Source: a virus. Taken from it: a DNA stretch of 64,000 nucleotides. A model generated the notes under the pieces. It made no database searches and was not told the origin of the DNA. It saw only the letters and a list, made by a program, of their open reading frames with translations. The stretch covers positions 32,001 through 96,000 of the IMG/VR virus record IMGVR_UViG_3300026521_000527; one strand, given 5' to 3'. Made by a program: the position numbers and the translations under genes. Shown here piece by piece: positions 58,055-64,000 of this stretch (the first letter of the stretch is position 1; every line of letters starts with the position of its first letter).

Positions 58055-60512
58055 TAATTTCTCCTCGAATACTATTTTTTAGTATTAATTTAATACCATG
58101 AATTAAGTTATTTAATTCATCATTTATATATCCATCTTTAAATGAATCCATATTTTTGATATTTTTAATAGAATCAACTGGAATCGATCTATTTAATATT
58201 CTAATACAGTTTGAAGTATTTACATTATATCTATACTCTTCTAGAATATTTGGGCAGCCGATTGTTCGAGAGGTTTTAAAGAGATTATCAGATATAAATC
58301 TTTTGAATTCATTATCTGGTAGAGTTCTTTGGAACTCAATTAGCCAAAAATCTAAAATTGATTGATATACTAAATTATTTAACTTTTCATATAGACTATT
58401 ATTATCTGTAAATTTCGTAAATTCATTGACCTCCTGTTTTTGGATTAGGTTGAGTTCCGAAGAACTCAACCTTAATAAATTTTTTGGAAGAGTTAGCCTA
58501 TTGCTGTTGGATAATTTTAATAAGTTTTGAATGGTGTTTTCTGGATCGAAAACACCATTCACATCATACGATAGTATGAAATCTCTTGCCACTAATATAG
58601 ACGAATCATAGTCATCTATTATTTCCTTAAATTCATTCTGAATGGATAACGGCAATGTAAAAAAATTAAAATTATAAAATATATTGCCTAAAATATTGGA
58701 TAACTCACAACCATACTTATTTAAAAAATCATAGGATATCAGTTTATTAATAAACTCATCTCGATTGGAATTAATAAATTCGTCAAGTAATTGTGGTTTA
58801 ATTTTCATAGTTCTATAGTCACCAGCATTCAAAAATATAATATTTTTTGAATAGTTGTCCTCAATTATTTTTTTAATTAAAGCAAATTCTTTCATAAAAT
58901 CATCTTGTTTGTATTTTATAGAATTCATTAAATATTTATTATCTGAATACCTAATAACAACCAAGTCATTGGTATTTATTTTAATTTTATCGTTTTGAAC
59001 ATCATCTATTTTTATTTGACTGACCTGTTTTAAATCATCGTCTAAAATAACATTAAAACCAGATTTTTTTAGGAATCTATAGACAAGATGAATCATTAAG
59101 TTATTCTTCGAGCTAAAAATAACAACAGCTTCTGAATTCTGATTAGCCAATTTTTTAATATTTTTTGATACACGATTGAGTTCTTTTTGACTCAAAAGCA
59201 CAATAATTTTTTGATTTTTAAGATGATGCCATAACATCGTATCAATAAATCGCCCCAAGGTTTCTACATCATTTGAATATAATTTTATGAATCGATTTCC
59301 ATTAAGTAAATGCCTGCAATAACTATATTCATCATTGAGCATTTTAGACAAGATTCTAATAAAATGATTCTTATTGAATACATTCAATGTGTCTAAAATA
59401 TTATCCGATAGTTTAGTAATATTTTGCAGGAATGTTCTATCAGATATTTTGGAAAATTTATTAGAAATGTTCTCATATAAGAAAACAAGTCTATCGAATG
59501 ATTTTTCATAAGGACATTGAGTCATAAATAAATCAATATTTTCCTTCAAATAATTATCCAATTCATCAATATATTCATCAATTCCTTTAGAATAACCATC
59601 GTCAGTAAACTCGATTTCTCTGAAATTGAATTTATTGAAAATGTAATTTTCATTTGCCCAGATATTATCAAAAAGTTTTATATATTGTGCATCTATTTTA
59701 TTTTCAATTCTAGAGTTCAAAAAAAACATATTCTCTGATTCTGGTTGGACAAAGACTTCAAATCTATTTTGCAAGATTGCCCGATGAGTAATCTCTCTAA
59801 TATTATTATAACCACCACAGAATTGATTTATATTAATTTCGAATTCAATATCTTCCGAATTTATAAAATTTAATAACCGATCATAGAATTCATACCCAGA
59901 TATATCATAAATTTTGAAATTTTCTGGCAATTCAAAATATTCAAAATATGATTTAAATAATAATAGATAATATAATTGATTATCTTCAAAATCGTCAAAA
60001 AAAGAATCTGAATTTTGAATTATATCCACATGCGTGCGCTGAAACATTTTTGATTCAATGTAAAGAAAACCAGGACTATGAAAATTATCAGTTATTGTAT
60101 CACTATTTGATTGAATGAATAAATTAATTTTATTATTCGATATTGAAATTTCAGTGAATTTTTTTTCTTGCGAATCCATTGCGTAAAAATTAATATTACT
60201 TGAATACACCAAAGTATTCAAAAGATCAATTAAATCACTTTCTAATGATTGATCTAATACCTCATCAATTAAATTTTGAAGATTAAAATAAAATACGGGT
60301 AATTTCAAAATTAACTGATTTTTAGTAATTTTAATTTCTAATTGATCATCTTTGAATATTTTGGATGCAATTTTAAATATCCTCATGAATAAAAAATCAT
60401 TATTTTGGATATATTTTCCAGGCTCAATTGATTTAGAAAAATACCCACAAAACATATTATTATTATCAACTTGTGGTTGAAATTTATAAGGGAATGATCC
60501 AATTTTTTTCAT
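58038..60512 (-). CDS. Large hypothetical protein
   Basis: 824-aa ORF overlapping the Pol fragment; no motif recognised. Confidence 0.75.
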   Translation of the reverse strand: MKKIGSFPYKFQPQVDNNNMFCGYFSKSIEPGKYIQNNDFLFMRIFKIASKIFKDDQLEIKITKNQLILKLPVFYFNLQNLIDEVLDQSLESDLIDLLNTLVYSSNINFYAMDSQEKKFTEISISNNKINLFIQSNSDTITDNFHSPGFLYIESKMFQRTHVDIIQNSDSFFDDFEDNQLYYLLLFKSYFEYFELPENFKIYDISGYEFYDRLLNFINSEDIEFEININQFCGGYNNIREITHRAILQNRFEVFVQPESENMFFLNSRIENKIDAQYIKLFDNIWANENYIFNKFNFREIEFTDDGYSKGIDEYIDELDNYLKENIDLFMTQCPYEKSFDRLVFLYENISNKFSKISDRTFLQNITKLSDNILDTLNVFNKNHFIRILSKMLNDEYSYCRHLLNGNRFIKLYSNDVETLGRFIDTMLWHHLKNQKIIVLLSQKELNRVSKNIKKLANQNSEAVVIFSSKNNLMIHLVYRFLKKSGFNVILDDDLKQVSQIKIDDVQNDKIKINTNDLVVIRYSDNKYLMNSIKYKQDDFMKEFALIKKIIEDNYSKNIIFLNAGDYRTMKIKPQLLDEFINSNRDEFINKLISYDFLNKYGCELSNILGNIFYNFNFFTLPLSIQNEFKEIIDDYDSSILVARDFILSYDVNGVFDPENTIQNLLKLSNSNRLTLPKNLLRLSSSELNLIQKQEVNEFTKFTDNNSLYEKLNNLVYQSILDFWLIEFQRTLPDNEFKRFISDNLFKTSRTIGCPNILEEYRYNVNTSNCIRILNRSIPVDSIKNIKNMDSFKDGYINDELNNLIHGIKLILKNSIRGEIIECFK

Positions 60513-60536
60513 TTAAATCCTTTTAATTATTAAACT

Positions 60537-61514
60537 TTAAACGATATTTTGATTATTATATGAAATTAAAAAATCATAATCATTTTTGTATAGATTCATA
60601 TATACATCCAGAGATGTAATCATTTTTTTTGGAATACTAACGCTAAAAATATTTTTAGGATTGCAATGCATATTATTACTCGAATGATTTTTTGATAAAA
60701 TTCTAGCTAGCTCATAAGATATGTCATTAAAATTTTTCCAATATTCATGACCACTAGGTGTACTACCCCATATCATATAATTATCAACGATTGAATGCAT
60801 TCTAATTAAAATTAAATCATTTTTAATTTTATGTCTGGCGACTTGATATATAAGAGAATCATCTCTTATTAAGTTATATTTTTTTTCATAATAAATTACA
60901 ACCTCATGATAGAATTTATAAGCTGCTTTTTTATAAAAAGAAAATTTTTCCATACTCTCACTATCAAATACTTGATCTTTTTTTCCAAGATAATTTAAAA
61001 TATCCATTACCAATTCTTCTGGTTGTTGGAAGATAGCTAATAATTTTATAAATGGAATTCCAGGTTTAAGAAACATATTATCAAAATTCATCCTGAGATT
61101 ATAACAAGAGCTTAATAATTCAATCTTTAATCCATATTCATATAAAATATTAATGGGATTACATCTAACTCCAAAAAAACGATATTTTTTTGAATATTCA
61201 ATGAACTCGAAAAATTTAGACATAATTTCAAACCAAGTGTCAATTTTTGTATCATAATCAATATCAGAATTATATATTAATCTGATCTTTATTTTTAAAT
61301 CATGAGACATCGTATTTTTAAAATCTTGCCATGCATCGATAACACCGTAATATGACATAATTAAATCAATAGTTGTGTAATTGAAGTTTTCATTATCATC
61401 AGATTCAACTGATAATTGCTGATTTTGCTCAATAGTATGAAATAATAGCTCAAAATTTTTTTGACTAATTTCAATATACTTTTCAGAATCTTTATTATTT
61501 ATAATAGATTTCAT
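60537..61514 (-). CDS. Hypothetical protein
   Basis: 325 aa; WGSTPSGHEYW motif of a type common in phage hypotheticals. Confidence 0.7.
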   Translation of the reverse strand: MKSIINNKDSEKYIEISQKNFELLFHTIEQNQQLSVESDDNENFNYTTIDLIMSYYGVIDAWQDFKNTMSHDLKIKIRLIYNSDIDYDTKIDTWFEIMSKFFEFIEYSKKYRFFGVRCNPINILYEYGLKIELLSSCYNLRMNFDNMFLKPGIPFIKLLAIFQQPEELVMDILNYLGKKDQVFDSESMEKFSFYKKAAYKFYHEVVIYYEKKYNLIRDDSLIYQVARHKIKNDLILIRMHSIVDNYMIWGSTPSGHEYWKNFNDISYELARILSKNHSSNNMHCNPKNIFSVSIPKKMITSLDVYMNLYKNDYDFLISYNNQNIV

Positions 61515-61571
61515 TTTTTTCCTTTAATGTTTTTAAAAAATATAGTAATAAAAAATAAGTACAGAAGGGTC

Positions 61572-61607
61572 TTGCTTCGAGTGATGTTTAAACATCACTC
61601 GAAGCAA
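61572..61607. repeat. 36-bp perfect palindrome overlapping the gat-queC stop
   Basis: ttgcttcgagtgatgttt|aaacatcactcgaagcaa. Confidence 0.95.
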
Positions 61608-62931
61608 TTGCTTCTTGTCTTAGTATACATGATCCACATTTGCCACAAGGTTCTCCATTTTTTGGAAAATAGCAACTAAATGAAATATCGAGGATTTCAT
61701 TTAGTATCTCATCACCAAATTCTTCTCTAAATGATTTAATCATATTTGTCTTTGTCAATCCAAAATAAGGTGAGATAACTCTATATCCTCCTGTAATTTT
61801 AAAATCTTTCCCACCAAATTTTACGACGGTTGATATAGCTTCCAACCAACCTTCACTATTATCCATAAAAACCATACCCTCGGATAAATTTAATCCAAAA
61901 AGAATATCTACATTTTTTAGATTCATTGATTCAGCAAGAGCCGCTAAATCTATAGCAAATTGACTATTTCTATATGGAACATAAGCTATTGGTGATTCCG
62001 TTTCGGATTTATCACCGATTGCATTTTTATTAGCTATTTTTGGCAACTGAGCATCAGTAATTTTAAAATAGTGCTTAAAGAATTTTTTAGCATTAATAAT
62101 ATTTACTTCAGCTCCTGGATAAATTCTCCTTTTGAAATCTTCAATTGCTTTGAGTTCTTTTGAACTCGCGCGAGTTCCCCAATCAAAATAATTTAAAATT
62201 ACTCTTCGATAATGAGTTGATAATAATTTATACGTTGATAACGATATATCCATTCCGCCGGAAAAAGCAACCATTAAAGTTCTTTGATTTGAATCTTTTT
62301 GACTTTTCTTTTCAAAGAGTTCAAAAGAACTGGTTCCCAAAATATTTTCAAAAATAACATTATCGAATTTATCCTTGATTACATTTCTTACCCATACTTT
62401 TAGTCCATGTTCAATAAACTTGAACATGTAATCAATTTTATCCAAATATATTATACTGAAGGAACCTTCAGCTTCATCTAGATTTGATAACTCTTGTAAG
62501 ATATCTGTATCTATCTTTATTTTAGTGTTATATTTTTCAGCTAATTTTTCAGCATTATAAACAGTCCCATGAACTGAAAAAATAATATCATCAAAATTGC
62601 AGGAAGTATATGGCTGTAATATATTTGGATATCCAATTTCCATTTCAGGTTCTTGTCGAGAGAAAATCATAAAATTGTATTTTTTTTCAGGATTGTATCC
62701 TTCAACAACTGCTTTTAAATTTTGCTCAAAAGCATATAATACTTCATCAATTGTATTTCCGGTAAATATAGTGTGCTTTTTATTGTCACTATCCGCGACT
62801 AACATTGATGTGTAATCATGTTTCCCATTCTGGGAGCCTTTTATTTTCAAATAGTTTTTTAAATATTTTTTAGCTTCTGGATTGTCAACAACAGTTGACC
62901 CTTTTGCAGTAAAAGATATTATTTGACACAT
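61588..62931 (-). CDS. queC: Gat-QueC fusion (class II glutamine amidotransferase + 7-cyano-7-deazaguanine synthase)
   Basis: N-terminal MCQI (Ntn Cys), QPY, VHGTVYN, IDTD, EGSFS; QueC part AFSGGMDI, YVPYRN, SCY...PCGKCGSC. Confidence 0.85.
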   Translation of the reverse strand: MCQIISFTAKGSTVVDNPEAKKYLKNYLKIKGSQNGKHDYTSMLVADSDNKKHTIFTGNTIDEVLYAFEQNLKAVVEGYNPEKKYNFMIFSRQEPEMEIGYPNILQPYTSCNFDDIIFSVHGTVYNAEKLAEKYNTKIKIDTDILQELSNLDEAEGSFSIIYLDKIDYMFKFIEHGLKVWVRNVIKDKFDNVIFENILGTSSFELFEKKSQKDSNQRTLMVAFSGGMDISLSTYKLLSTHYRRVILNYFDWGTRASSKELKAIEDFKRRIYPGAEVNIINAKKFFKHYFKITDAQLPKIANKNAIGDKSETESPIAYVPYRNSQFAIDLAALAESMNLKNVDILFGLNLSEGMVFMDNSEGWLEAISTVVKFGGKDFKITGGYRVISPYFGLTKTNMIKSFREEFGDEILNEILDISFSCYFPKNGEPCGKCGSCILRQEAIASSDV

Positions 62932-62934
62932 TTT

Positions 62935-63915
62935 TTAGTCCTTTTCCTTTGATTTATTAATATAATCAACGATAAAATTTTTAAAATCATTTAGATCATC
63001 ATAAGAAAATATTTGATTTCTTGGTGAGCCACCGATGGCTAATTTTCCCCCAGCGTCTTTTCCAAAAAATATATTTAAAGGTTCTATTACTCCTTGCAAT
63101 CCAAACACGGAAATAGCAATTTCATCATTTCGACAACTTAAAGTTATGGCTCCAGTAGTCTGATGTAATTGGATTATTATATCTGCCTTTTTTCCATTAA
63201 TCTCATATGCTGTTGTAAGTTTAAATGGTGCGGAGTATATAAAAATACCTAAATCCCCAAGAGACAATTCATCAATAATATATTTTTCTGCCTGTTCTTG
63301 TTGGGCATCAAGCCATTGATAAACTTCCGCCATTTTTTCATCAGGTATTTTTTCAAGTTTAAGAATATCAGAAATTCTAAGTAGTAATTTTTTAACTTCC
63401 TTGGTAACATCTTTTAAAGAATAACCATTATCGTGTATAATCCATGAGTTTACTAAATACCCAAGATATAAATATTTATCATGAATATTTGACGGTAATT
63501 CTCTTACATAATCTATTGTATTATGGATACCATAATTATCACAATATGCAATAATATTTGCAATAAAAAAATTTTCTCGAGTAGGTTTTATCCATTTCCC
63601 AGCCCATAACATACCAAAAATAGTATCTAAATCAATATGAGATACAATAAATTTATTATAACTTTTTTTATTTTTAAAAAGTGTATATGAGGCGGATGGA
63701 GGAATATTGTATTGGATTGGAAAATGATGATTTAAACATATTTCAACACCATCATAAGACTCATCCAATTTTTTATCACCATACTCTGTTTCAATTGCAA
63801 CAATATTGCTTTTGAGGGATTTTGATGCTGCTATAGCAGCATCAAAATCCTTAGCCAGTAATACTCTCATCTTGAAACTCTTGCTGTTGAGTGAGGATTT
63901 GAGCGGCCTCCTCAA
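62935..63915 (-). CDS. Hypothetical protein, possible DHH-like phosphoesterase (true start probably 63870)
   Basis: AIETEYG, LNHH, VSHIDLDTIFG, YCD; C-terminal DAGGKLAIGGSPR resembles the DHHA1 GGG loop. Confidence 0.55.
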   Translation of the reverse strand: MRRPLKSSLNSKSFKMRVLLAKDFDAAIAASKSLKSNIVAIETEYGDKKLDESYDGVEICLNHHFPIQYNIPPSASYTLFKNKKSYNKFIVSHIDLDTIFGMLWAGKWIKPTRENFFIANIIAYCDNYGIHNTIDYVRELPSNIHDKYLYLGYLVNSWIIHDNGYSLKDVTKEVKKLLLRISDILKLEKIPDEKMAEVYQWLDAQQEQAEKYIIDELSLGDLGIFIYSAPFKLTTAYEINGKKADIIIQLHQTTGAITLSCRNDEIAISVFGLQGVIEPLNIFFGKDAGGKLAIGGSPRNQIFSYDDLNDFKNFIVDYINKSKEKD

Positions 63916-64000
63916 TTTTTAATACAGCTTTTGCAATTGCCTCCAAAAGAGGATGTTCAAATCCTTCTTGATTTGCAATGTACTGGATGTATTTCATCAC
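63851..64000 (-). CDS. 3' end of a hypothetical protein entering from the right edge
   Basis: Open frame ...KYIQYIANQEGFEHPLLEAIAKAVLKIEEAAQILTQQQEFQDESITG*. Confidence 0.55.
   Translation of the reverse strand: MMKYIQYIANQEGFEHPLLEAIAKAVLKIEEAAQILTQQQEFQDESITG

Noticed and set aside
58038-60512. rIIA/HATPase-like protein
   Set aside because: Size fits, but no ExxxN/DxG/GxG Bergerat motifs were found.
1-64000. CRISPR array, rRNA, tRNA, IS elements, queF, alternative genetic code
   Set aside because: No repeat-spacer periodicity, RNA gene signatures, transposase or QueF motifs seen; long ORFs under the standard code tile the window, and TAG and TGA both act as stops.

Overview
Very AT-rich, gene-dense segment of a large lytic dsDNA (jumbo-type) phage genome; no rRNA, tRNA, CRISPR array or IS element was seen. 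The ThyX fragments look Helicobacter/Campylobacter-like, which suggests a Campylobacterota host (inference). Layout: a short minus-strand stub (1-934), a plus-strand virion block (1095-17626: tail-tube-like protein, baseplate wedge, 1539-aa coiled-coil fibre, a family of related virion proteins, HNH and GIY-YIG endonucleases), and a long minus-strand block (17646-64000) for replication and nucleotide metabolism. The minus block carries type II topoisomerase, SbcCD, a MoxR AAA/VWA pair, a ClpP-like protease, a baseplate hub/lysin, and a complete but scattered 7-deazaguanine DNA-modification pathway (folE, queD, queE, gat-queC, dpdA; predicted product dG+). Most striking observations: (1) a three-gene E1(ThiF)-E2-JAB ubiquitin-like conjugation cassette, preceded by a 15-aa SD-led peptide ORF inside a structured leader; (2) a circularly permuted SbcC/Rad50 whose zinc hook is at the C-terminus; (3) a family-B DNA polymerase split into three unlinked genes with no intein; (4) a split ThyX; (5) a family of 32-36 bp perfect, loop-less palindromes at gene ends. 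All product calls come from motif recognition by eye, not database searches.
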